Assembly: GCF_000009705.1 (NCBI RefSeq)
Contig: NC_003273.1
Coordinates: 1-32,000 of the forward strand
Direction: 5' to 3'
Length of the DNA: 32,000 bases
Origin: Nostoc sp. PCC 7120 = FACHB-418
GTDB lineage: Bacteria; Cyanobacteriota; Cyanobacteriia; Cyanobacteriales; Nostocaceae
The position numbers and the translations under genes are program-made. Of this stretch, positions 13,526 through 21,367 are shown piece after piece. The notes below the pieces were generated by a model. It did no database searches. It was not told the origin of the DNA and worked only from the letters and a program-made list of their open reading frames with translations. Each line of letters starts with the position of its first letter. Position 1 is the first letter of the stretch.

Positions 13526-16036
13526 TCATTCCAATGCCTTGAGTTGCTTCACTGCCTGACGCTCCTGTGGGGTCAACTCTTTCCAAACAGCCGATTTAAA
13601 CTCACTCGTCCATTCTTCTGTCAGCGTGGCAATCAAGCCCCAACATTGATCGGCAATAGATTCTCTAATTAGTGCCACATTACCCATAAGTTTCTGCTCA
13701 AAAGATAATTCGAGGGAAGAACCAGAGGTGAAACAGGGGGTAGAACACTCTTCTATTACCTGTGGTGATTGAGTTTGAGGCTCATCTACAGGTTGTTCCA
13801 CCCCCTGCCCCTCTAAACTTTTTTCATTTGCTTCTGTTGGTGTTGTTTCTTGTGGGGTTACGAATGGCGCTGCCGTTTGGGGCGCTATCCATTGGGCAGT
13901 TTCATTATTGCTATCAAAATTTGGAAAAGTTTGGGGGGAATTAGTGGAACAGGTGGAACACTCTGGCTCTAAGTCAGTTGTAACAAGGGCTTGGGGCTGT
14001 TCCACCTCCTGTTCCACCCCCCGTTCCACCTCCTGTTCCACCCCCCGTTCCACCTCCTGTTCCACCTCCTGTTGCGGTCGAACCCAAGGACGAATTAACC
14101 TACCGTTGACCCGTTTGCGATCGCCTCTTGTCCAGCCGTGAGAACGTAAGATAGCCGCTACACGGTTTTGTTCGGCTTTACTTTGCTTGGCTAACTCAAT
14201 CTTGAGTACATCGCTGAGGATTTCGCCGACGGATACTTCTTTTTGCAACTCAGCCCAAGCCATTACCGCCTCTTCCCATGTGTCTGTGCTTTGGTATTGT
14301 TTATTGGCTGCGTCTAACCATTCATCCTCAACCTCCGTCAGTCGCCATTGCTCACCATTGCGGTAAGCAGCGACAGCAGCAGCCCAGATTAAATCTCGTT
14401 CCTGCTGAAGCATTTTGATGGGTATTTTCTTAAACAAGACCTTAATTACCCAAAAGCGGCGTTCACCAGTGGGGTCATAGAGAAATTCATCTAGGTTGGT
14501 AGTGCCGACAAGAATGGATGGGCGAGGAAAATCCTCAATGTCAGTACCGTAGGGACGACGCATTGAGTCTTTCTTTCTCGACAGAAACGCCTTGAGTTGT
14601 GAAACATCTTTTTTCTTGTAGGAGTTCTCAAACTCGGCATATTCCAAAATCCAATACTGGCTGATTTTTAAAACCTCGTCTTTCTCTGTACCGTTGAGGT
14701 CATCTGTGAAAAATTCTTCCCCGGCTAGAATTTCCCAGAATGTGGATTTGAGTGATTTCTGCTTACCTTGGAGAATGGTAATTTCATCGTGTTTACACCC
14801 AGGCTCAAATGCCCTAGCTACAGCTGCAATTAAAGTGCGTTTCATCAGTGCTGCGTGTAGTGGGTCATTAGTGCCAAAGTAACGTTCGGCCAACTTATCT
14901 AACAAACTGACATCTACGTTGGGGTAACGCCTTTCGACTGACTGTAAATACTCAACTACTGGGCTGTATGAGTTTGCTAGAGCTAGTTCTAAGACAACAC
15001 TTTTAGCTTGTTCCTTGCTGATGTCAATATGAACATCAATCGCCACTTTTAAATCAATGCGATCAAGTGGTAGCCTTTTACCGTCTAACTCAACTTGCTT
15101 TTTGAGCATATTCCAGCGCAGGCGAGATCCCCAGACGGCACGGATAGCATTCAATTTTTGCTCCAGTTTACTTTCGGTTGGCCTGTCCCGTTCTGCCTCC
15201 AGTTCCAGAGTTTTATTAAGGGCATCAACTACGATTCGTCTATCCTCAATCGCTTGTAGGATGTCTTTGGTTGTCGCTCCTGAATCTATCCAATCTTGAA
15301 TATCTAATCCCCCATGTTTGGGTAAATGTGTCCAGTAAAAATCACTCGGTGGGGCATACAACCACTTAGCATCTGGGAAGTCAGAGTTAATATCCTCCAT
15401 GTGCTTTAGCCCTGGTTCGTCACGGTCGGGACAGAGAACTAGGTTAGCACCTTCTAAAGCACTTTGGTAGTTGCCGTATGAGCGATACTTGCCAGCACCG
15501 CCGATGTTGGTAGTGGCTGCTATGCCTCTGGCCCACAGGCTATCGGCTATGCGTTCACCCTCTACCACAAATACTGGTTTACCAGAGGCGATCGCTTGTC
15601 TTACGTCGCTGTAACGGTAGATGGTGACTTGTTGTTGATGGGAGCGTTTTAATTCAGCATTCAAATCTTTGGCTTTGGCCCAACGTTTACCGTCCCAATA
15701 TTCTTGAAAGACATCCTTATCTTTGACCTTACCAGGACGGATAATTGTCACCTTAATTAAGGGATTACCTTCTGTATTGGTGTAAACGTATTCTTCTTTA
15801 CCTTGGGGACGTGGCGATTTTTTAGCTGTGGCTGGTGCGTAGTATGGCTTGCCGTTGCGATCTCTCTTACTTGTCCTTTCCCACCCAAAGGCGGGTTCTG
15901 CGTCTCGGTTGCAGACTGTCAGTTCACCGATGGAGTAACACCAGTCTGGTTTAGAGCAGTGGGGGCATGGGCTAGTTTTGGTAACTTCTACTGGTTTATT
16001 GTTGGTAGCTGCGTCATTCAATACTTGTAACGACAT
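13526..16036 (-). CDS. Replicative primase-helicase: zinc ribbon, Toprim, VapE-like P-loop, repetitive acidic linker and C-terminal domain
   Basis: 836 aa with the strong RBS aaggagg 8-14 nt upstream. CPHCSKPDWC...VCNR; Toprim-like VFVVEGERIADSL and LVLCPDRDEPG; VapE-like ILQGKQKSLKSTFWEIL and VGTTN; then QQEVEQEVERGVEQEVERGVEQEVEQ. Confidence 0.8.
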   Translation of the reverse strand: MSLQVLNDAATNNKPVEVTKTSPCPHCSKPDWCYSIGELTVCNRDAEPAFGWERTSKRDRNGKPYYAPATAKKSPRPQGKEEYVYTNTEGNPLIKVTIIRPGKVKDKDVFQEYWDGKRWAKAKDLNAELKRSHQQQVTIYRYSDVRQAIASGKPVFVVEGERIADSLWARGIAATTNIGGAGKYRSYGNYQSALEGANLVLCPDRDEPGLKHMEDINSDFPDAKWLYAPPSDFYWTHLPKHGGLDIQDWIDSGATTKDILQAIEDRRIVVDALNKTLELEAERDRPTESKLEQKLNAIRAVWGSRLRWNMLKKQVELDGKRLPLDRIDLKVAIDVHIDISKEQAKSVVLELALANSYSPVVEYLQSVERRYPNVDVSLLDKLAERYFGTNDPLHAALMKRTLIAAVARAFEPGCKHDEITILQGKQKSLKSTFWEILAGEEFFTDDLNGTEKDEVLKISQYWILEYAEFENSYKKKDVSQLKAFLSRKKDSMRRPYGTDIEDFPRPSILVGTTNLDEFLYDPTGERRFWVIKVLFKKIPIKMLQQERDLIWAAAVAAYRNGEQWRLTEVEDEWLDAANKQYQSTDTWEEAVMAWAELQKEVSVGEILSDVLKIELAKQSKAEQNRVAAILRSHGWTRGDRKRVNGRLIRPWVRPQQEVEQEVERGVEQEVERGVEQEVEQPQALVTTDLEPECSTCSTNSPQTFPNFDSNNETAQWIAPQTAAPFVTPQETTPTEANEKSLEGQGVEQPVDEPQTQSPQVIEECSTPCFTSGSSLELSFEQKLMGNVALIRESIADQCWGLIATLTEEWTSEFKSAVWKELTPQERQAVKQLKALE
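13999..14070. repeat. Six tandem 12-nt units (gttccacctcct / gttccacccccc) inside the primase-helicase gene
   Basis: Read directly. In frame on the minus strand they encode alternating EVEQ / ERGV units. Confidence 0.9.
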
Positions 16037-16304
16037 TTTCCTGATCCTCCTTGATGTGTAGTGGAGGAATTGGAGTTATCCAAAAGTAATCTTTTATACA
16101 AATTTCAGAAATTTAAAAACATAAAATTCCTAATTTGCTTTTTCTATTTGGGTGGCCAGTGTTACAATGCCTTAATACTCCAAAAGATTTGATAAGATTA
16201 CATTAGGGATATTATTAGGCGGCAAACCCAATCCCCAATTCCAATGGAATAGAAATCAGAAAACCTCGGTCTCCCAACGGGAAACGGGGTTTTCACCTTT
16301 TAGC

Positions 16305-17030
16305 CTATTTGTACTTGGATAACCAAGCTCTAACAAAGCGGTTGACTTCAGACTCTGTAATGACAAATGCACTGCCCTTTCTCCTGAGAACTAGAACCCT
16401 CATATCTCCTATCTCCGTATAAAGATGTTCCTTGTGATTTGCTGATGCCTTTGTGGGAGGGCATAAAAGCAAAACCTTTGCTGTGGGAGTCTTTTGAGCC
16501 TCACGGGAGGTCATCAAAAACTTATCTCTATTTTTTGTGAGCCACTTTTCATAATCTGCTAACTCTACCAGTGGGCAGGGTTTCCATATTTTCAATCCAT
16601 TATTATCCTTACGCTTGACCTGTAAAACCTCCCTTGCTTCGTTGTAGACAATTTCTCTATCTCCTTTTGACCGGATCGAGATAAACAGGTGAGTTGTTTG
16701 TGGAAATCTCACAAACAAGTCTATAGGATTGTTGTTCTCTACTGGTACTGTTGGATAAACTTTGACTCCTTCTTTCTCAAATTCACGGAAAATTGAAGTG
16801 CCTATTCTTTCTAACCGTGCCAGTTTTTGAGTTACTACTAATGGCTTGTAAGCCAATCCAAAGATTAACCAACCTACCGGATGGAACATACTACCCGTAC
16901 CCATTGCAAAACCACCAGCCGTTAGAGCAAGGGTAGATTGATAGTCTATTGCCTCCCTAATTTTGTCAAACGCTGCTTGGTTATAAAGCGGGGGTTGAAA
17001 ATTTGGTGGTGGGTCTTTGAGGGTAGTCAT
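16305..17030 (-). CDS. Hypothetical protein (241 aa) with N-terminal hydrophobic segment
   Basis: Long clean ORF with a hydrophobic stretch, LALTAGGFAMGTGSMFHPVGWLIFGLAY. The C-terminal half (IDLFVRF...FISIRSKG) is vaguely nuclease/NERD-like but has no clean catalytic motif. Confidence 0.5.
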   Translation of the reverse strand: MTTLKDPPPNFQPPLYNQAAFDKIREAIDYQSTLALTAGGFAMGTGSMFHPVGWLIFGLAYKPLVVTQKLARLERIGTSIFREFEKEGVKVYPTVPVENNNPIDLFVRFPQTTHLFISIRSKGDREIVYNEAREVLQVKRKDNNGLKIWKPCPLVELADYEKWLTKNRDKFLMTSREAQKTPTAKVLLLCPPTKASANHKEHLYTEIGDMRVLVLRRKGSAFVITESEVNRFVRAWLSKYK

Positions 17031-17128
17031 TGGAGACTTTAAAGATTAATGATGATTTGAAATCAGCACTCCTGTACTGATACTAATGCTTAAAACCGCA
17101 TTTTTTAACAAATAGCTATCTATTAGTG

Positions 17129-17356
17129 TCACGCTTGGCGATCGCTTGCGTCCACTCTTTTATAAGCAGGGGGATATTTGGAAGGAAATTTAGCTCTTAT
17201 GGCCTGCTCAACAAGAAACGCTACAAGATTAGCTGTAGCTCTACCTTCTTCATCAGCCCATAATTGTAAGTCCTCATAAACTGCGTCAGGTAAAACAATA
17301 GTTGTTCTTTTGGTCATGTCGATGAAAGCTTCTGTGTTCATCGATTCTATCCTCAT
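17129..17356 (-). CDS. Ribbon-helix-helix (CopG/Arc/MetJ-type) DNA-binding protein
   Basis: TKRTTIVLPDAVYEDLQLWADEEGRATANLVAFLVEQAI is a textbook RHH strand-helix-helix. The true start is probably an internal Met (17341 or 17317). It is divergent from the second actin-like ATPase gene. Confidence 0.75.
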   Translation of the reverse strand: MRIESMNTEAFIDMTKRTTIVLPDAVYEDLQLWADEEGRATANLVAFLVEQAIRAKFPSKYPPAYKRVDASDRQA

Positions 17357-17377
17357 GTAGTAATTAACTTTGCTTAA

Positions 17378-17420
17378 TTCATGCTATCGCATTATTTATT
17401 CATGCGATTCTATGCTAACA
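17378..17420. promoter_or_regulatory. Candidate operator in the divergent promoter region
   Basis: ttcatgc occurs at 17378 and 17399, 21 bp (two helical turns) apart, and tatgcta occurs at 17411. The site lies between the RHH gene and the 17579 operon. Confidence 0.3.
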
Positions 17421-17578
17421 TACTATCATCAAGCCAAAAGCAGTCACCCAACAAAGGCAACAGAAGCCAGAAAGTGACGTTCAGGCTTGCCAAAAACTGG
17501 ATATGTGGATTTATGGCGATTGTGCCTCTAAATTCCCCAAAGTCAGAAATCTAAAGACTTTTACCAATAATCAGAACC

Positions 17579-18706
17579 ATGACAACCGCATACTTGAATG
17601 CCGAAAATTGGCTTGCTCAAGCCGACTTATTCGCCAATTCCGGGTTAACTACCATCACGGGAGGTAAAGACCCCGGTGCTGGGTATGGCAAGGCTATCTA
17701 TGGTGATTTTTCTATCATGATGCCAGCCGCATACTCATTAGTCCGTAACCGCAACATTCGCCATTACGAAACCATATCTAAAGATGGCTGCTGGGTGTGT
17801 TATGTGGACGGCGCGAGAAAGGACTTAAAAGATGTTCAATTCTTCTGGGGTAGTGCAGCGATCACACAACGCGACTACACCCTACTCCATGAGGACAAGT
17901 CCAAAAAAGCAGAACTGGCATTAGAAAGCATACTTGCAGACTTAGCAGTTCTGAATATTCCCGATGGGATGAGACTAGAGATTAGCTTGAGCAACCACAA
18001 TCCCCAACGCTGGGACAAAGAAATTAAGCGACGAGTGCAAGGTATTCACACCTTCCAACATAAACACCCCATCAATCAGCAAATTGTTACTAAAACGGTT
18101 GAGATTGTAGTTACAGGTGTTTACCGCGAAGGCTTTGGCAGTATCGCTTACTGTCTATTTGGTGAACCAATTCTCACACTTGAAGAATCAGAGGTGGCTA
18201 TCGCGCTTGATATCGGTTCATCGACTTGGTTAATTACCGTATTTAACGGCAATGGTGCAGTGATTGGCGAACATTTAATAGAGAATGGCTGCGGTGAATT
18301 GCACTCAATGATTGCCGAGGCATTAGACAAAAGAAATGACTCAGGAAGCCTAATATCCAAAGATGTCAAACATTCCCCTTCCTTAGTAAATAAAGGGATT
18401 TTAGAAGGCACTTTGACTTATGGAGGAAATCACTTAACAGGCAAGAAATTTGAATTGGAATATGCCCAGTATTTAGAGCAATGGTGGTCAAGCCAGATTG
18501 AGAAATTCGCCAACTTTGTCACCTCTAAGAATTACCTAGACCGTGCTAAATACTTGGTGGCTTGGGGTGGTGGAGTTTCCTTACCAGTAGTCGATGAGAA
18601 TCTAGCACAATTCGGCTTTATGGTCTTACCAAATCCGCAATTTATCAATGCAATGGGATTGAAGTTACTAACAGAAAGTATGACAGGAGTAGAAACAAGT
18701 GTCTGA
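17579..18706 (+). CDS. Actin-like ATPase (ParM/StbA-type), copy 2
   Basis: 375 aa. Phosphate-1-like GGKDPGAGYGKAIY, phosphate-2 IALDIGSSTWLITVF, adenosine motif LVAWGGGVSL. Confidence 0.75.
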   Translation: MTTAYLNAENWLAQADLFANSGLTTITGGKDPGAGYGKAIYGDFSIMMPAAYSLVRNRNIRHYETISKDGCWVCYVDGARKDLKDVQFFWGSAAITQRDYTLLHEDKSKKAELALESILADLAVLNIPDGMRLEISLSNHNPQRWDKEIKRRVQGIHTFQHKHPINQQIVTKTVEIVVTGVYREGFGSIAYCLFGEPILTLEESEVAIALDIGSSTWLITVFNGNGAVIGEHLIENGCGELHSMIAEALDKRNDSGSLISKDVKHSPSLVNKGILEGTLTYGGNHLTGKKFELEYAQYLEQWWSSQIEKFANFVTSKNYLDRAKYLVAWGGGVSLPVVDENLAQFGFMVLPNPQFINAMGLKLLTESMTGVETSV

Positions 18707-18962
18707 AAAAACCTCATACGAATCTCGGCGTATAACCATTTCTTACCTAGCAGTTTATGAACTGTGCCAAATGTTTGATATCCCCCAAGATGCACCAACA
18801 CAAGCATTTTCAGCAGCAATAGAGAAGCTGATATTTCAATCTGGAGTCAACAAGAGTGCATTACCAACTCCTCAAAATACTGTATCAACACCTGCACCGA
18901 TTCAACCAAATAAGGCAAGGCTATCAAGTATGGTTAATCAGTTAAACGGGGTAGCGTCATGA
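18699..18962 (+). CDS. Hypothetical small protein (87 aa), translationally coupled
   Basis: The GTG start overlaps the upstream stop (gtgtctga). It occupies the position where type II par loci encode the adaptor, but no motif was recognised. Confidence 0.45.
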   Translation: MSEKTSYESRRITISYLAVYELCQMFDIPQDAPTQAFSAAIEKLIFQSGVNKSALPTPQNTVSTPAPIQPNKARLSSMVNQLNGVAS

Positions 18963-19225
18963 ACAAGTTAAATAGGGTCTATGACAGCACACTACTAAGC
19001 AGTTCCAAAGTGTATCAAATTGACAGAAACCTGTATCAATACTTGTACAAGACAGGCACAATCCAAGCACCACAATACATCTTTCGACCACTAGCAAGAC
19101 AGCGAAAGAAAGCAGATTTGCAACTGAATCACAAAGCTTTAACTAATCGTTGTTATGAGGTGGAAGGTGCAACTACAAAGAGTTCTGTAATCAGTCAAGA
19201 ATCACTGCAATTAGCACTGTTTTGA
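18959..19225 (+). CDS. Hypothetical basic small protein (88 aa)
   Basis: ATGA start/stop overlap with the preceding ORF. Confidence 0.45.
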   Translation: MNKLNRVYDSTLLSSSKVYQIDRNLYQYLYKTGTIQAPQYIFRPLARQRKKADLQLNHKALTNRCYEVEGATTKSSVISQESLQLALF

Positions 19226-19238
19226 AGGAGCAAGAATT

Positions 19239-19430
19239 GTGAGAATTAGACAAGCAATAGGAGCTACTTTATTTCTACTTAGCTGTGTTGGTTTTGGTTA
19301 TCTTTCTACTCAAAAGTTTGGTGCAACTACCACAGCAATGATAGGTGGAGGAATGTTCAGCATAGGAGTAATCGCCCACTTACAACAAAAACCAGTACCA
19401 CGTAAACGCACTAACAAATCTGTTAACTAA
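19239..19430 (+). CDS. Small two-pass membrane protein (63 aa)
   Basis: GTG start preceded by aaggag. Two hydrophobic helices (AIGATLFLLSCVGFGYL, MIGGGMFSIGVIAHL) and a basic tail. Confidence 0.5.
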   Translation: MRIRQAIGATLFLLSCVGFGYLSTQKFGATTTAMIGGGMFSIGVIAHLQQKPVPRKRTNKSVN

Positions 19431-19441
19431 TAGGCATAATT

Positions 19442-19600
19442 ATGAGCCAATCATTAACTAGCCTAATTCAAGAGGCACAGCAAACAATTCTACAAATTCG
19501 CAACCATCCCGATTACAAGCAAATTGCACTCAACTATAGTCCCGACTTGACGCGCTTGAGATGCAACAACAGCATTGACTTACTTGCAGTGGGAAGTTGA
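19442..19600 (+). CDS. Possible 52-aa ORF, below the ORF-track cut-off
   Basis: ATG 11 nt after the preceding stop. It encodes MSQSLTSLIQEAQQTILQIRNHPDYKQIALNYSPDLTRLRCNNSIDLLAVGS and fills an otherwise empty gap in the operon. The RBS is weak. Confidence 0.3.
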   Translation: MSQSLTSLIQEAQQTILQIRNHPDYKQIALNYSPDLTRLRCNNSIDLLAVGS

Positions 19601-19731
19601 GGAGAGAACAACTATCGATGTAGCGAAGCTTGAAGCATTTTCTAGTTAGAGGGAGAGCGATCGCAGGGAGTGAGAATCTTGGCGATCGCTTCTCCAGTGG
19701 TTTTAAATACACACATAAGGATCATACCAAT

Positions 19732-20034
19732 ATGTCAAAACCTTTAGGGTACTTCACTTCAACAATGCCGGGGGATGGTTCCTACTTGGACGAACTTCAA
19801 CAGCAATACGGCAGCACATTTGAACAACTGAATAAGGTAGAGAAACTGTTGCTGCTGCAAAACATAGCCCAAACCCTGCTAGGTGCAGAAATTAACGTAA
19901 TTGGCAGCGCAGTATCAGCAGAAGCTGTCTCAACAGTCTCGCCCATTGTCCAAGGTCTTTACAAACGAGTGACCCTAGCAGACTTGTTGGGATTGGCAGA
20001 GGCATTGGTTAATCAACTCAAGTATCAGCAATAG
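19732..20034 (+). CDS. Hypothetical protein (100 aa from the internal ATG of ORF 19630..20034)
   Basis: The ATG at 19732 is preceded by aagga. The upstream part of the track ORF covers an imperfect hairpin built on two HIP1 sites (19651..19695) and is unlikely to be coding. Confidence 0.45.
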   Translation: MSKPLGYFTSTMPGDGSYLDELQQQYGSTFEQLNKVEKLLLLQNIAQTLLGAEINVIGSAVSAEAVSTVSPIVQGLYKRVTLADLLGLAEALVNQLKYQQ

Positions 20035-20043
20035 GAGTAAAAC

Positions 20044-20715
20044 ATGGCGCGTAACTATGGAACTGCCAAACTCAAAAACCATATCTCTGGTAATGCCCCT
20101 GGTACTTTGGGAGCAATGGGCAAACTGTTTGACGTGTCGGCGGAGGATTTTAACAAGGCACTTCAAGGCGACCAAACGGTAATCACCCGAATTGCAGATA
20201 TGGCGCGACTGTCGGACACGTACATAGCCAATTTACCCAAAGCATTGGAGGCATACCGGAAAATTATCGAGACAACCGGGGATGTTAATCAAGCCTATGC
20301 CGAACTGGTGCAACTGACCCAGAAGCACGGAACGCAAACCTTGAAGGCTATCAATTCATCTAAACAGGGCGAACTGCGTTTCAAGAACGAATTGACCGGA
20401 ATGCAAGCCGAACACGTTAACGCCACGACTGCGGAGGCTACCCGACACGCTCAACGCTCATCCTTAATTCAGATAGCAGGGGCCACCGCCGACCTAATGG
20501 CGATCGCAAAATACGAGGCTGATTTAATCAAGGCATCTAACAAAGTCCCAGAGGCTCAAGATGCAGCAGATCGCGCCTATGAAACTGCGGTAACTAACGC
20601 ACTGTGGACTAACGGCAGTGAAGCGAAGACCGACCGCATACCCAAACCAAACTACTCCCGCACTGCTGGAATTAGTCGTGTAGGAAATTGGTTCCGCAAC
20701 TTTATGGGCATCTAA
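20044..20715 (+). CDS. Hypothetical helical protein (223 aa)
   Basis: Good RBS (aggag) 9 nt after the preceding stop. No transmembrane segments and no motif recognised. Confidence 0.5.
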   Translation: MARNYGTAKLKNHISGNAPGTLGAMGKLFDVSAEDFNKALQGDQTVITRIADMARLSDTYIANLPKALEAYRKIIETTGDVNQAYAELVQLTQKHGTQTLKAINSSKQGELRFKNELTGMQAEHVNATTAEATRHAQRSSLIQIAGATADLMAIAKYEADLIKASNKVPEAQDAADRAYETAVTNALWTNGSEAKTDRIPKPNYSRTAGISRVGNWFRNFMGI

Positions 20716-20726
20716 GCCACAAGTAA

Positions 20727-20755
20727 AAAGCCAGAGGATGAGAGACTCTGGCTTT
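20727..20755 (+). terminator. Intra-operon hairpin (attenuator or partial terminator)
   Basis: aaagccagag (20727..20736) pairs perfectly with ctctggcttt (20746..20755) around a 9-nt loop, just after the 223-aa ORF. Confidence 0.4.
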
Positions 20756-20788
20756 CATGCCCTTTTATAGGGTTAAGAAGGAGTAAAA

Positions 20789-21367
20789 ATGAATGATTTT
20801 GACATCCTGTTATCTCAATTTCACTCCAATAATGAACAGACTCCCTCTACCAATTGGGGTGAACAGCAACACACTTTGCCGAACCCGGAGGATGAAGATG
20901 GTGAAAGGCTAGAGCAATCAATTAGGGATGTCTTCAGCAATAAACAACTCCTCAACAAAGCTCTAGCCACATTTTTGGGCGTATTCACCGCTAACACTGG
21001 AGTGAGTTTACTAACGAGTTTATCCATTGGGGCGATCGCTTCTGGGACACTAGGCAGCATTGTACTGGGTTTATTTTTCGCCAACACCCTGACCAAAATT
21101 CAATATGACGGCAGAATCCACATTGGCAAAGACTTCATAGTGGCGACTGTTCAGACTGCAAGTGTAGGGGCTTCGCTGTGGATAGCCTTTGACGAGTATC
21201 GGGTTGTAAGGGAGGCGACTAATACAGGTAAGACACGGTTCTATGAGGAAGTTAGAAACTACGAAGTTAAACCAACTCCCCAACCTGAACCCCCTTGGTT
21301 GTTAATGGGGTTAGGTGCAGTGGGGTTGTTGCTATTGGCAGTAGTGCTAAAGGGGGCAAACCAATGA
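20789..21367 (+). CDS. Multi-pass membrane protein (192 aa)
   Basis: RBS aaggag. The acidic N-terminus is followed by hydrophobic helices: FLGVFTANTGVSLLTSL, IASGTLGSIVLGLFFANTL, VQTASVGASLWIAF, WLLMGLGAVGLLLLAVVL. Confidence 0.55.
   Translation: MNDFDILLSQFHSNNEQTPSTNWGEQQHTLPNPEDEDGERLEQSIRDVFSNKQLLNKALATFLGVFTANTGVSLLTSLSIGAIASGTLGSIVLGLFFANTLTKIQYDGRIHIGKDFIVATVQTASVGASLWIAFDEYRVVREATNTGKTRFYEEVRNYEVKPTPQPEPPWLLMGLGAVGLLLLAVVLKGANQ

Noticed and set aside
10308-14075. Diversity-generating retroelement (template/variable repeat) explanation for the triplicated segment
   Set aside because: Differences between copies are spread over all four bases rather than confined to adenine positions. 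There are indels and stop codons, and no reverse transcriptase gene is in the window.
11100-14075. CRISPR array
   Set aside because: The repeats here and at 23101..23262 are 7-20 nt, irregularly spaced and often directly abutting. There are no 25-40-nt repeats separated by unique spacers of similar length, and no cas genes.
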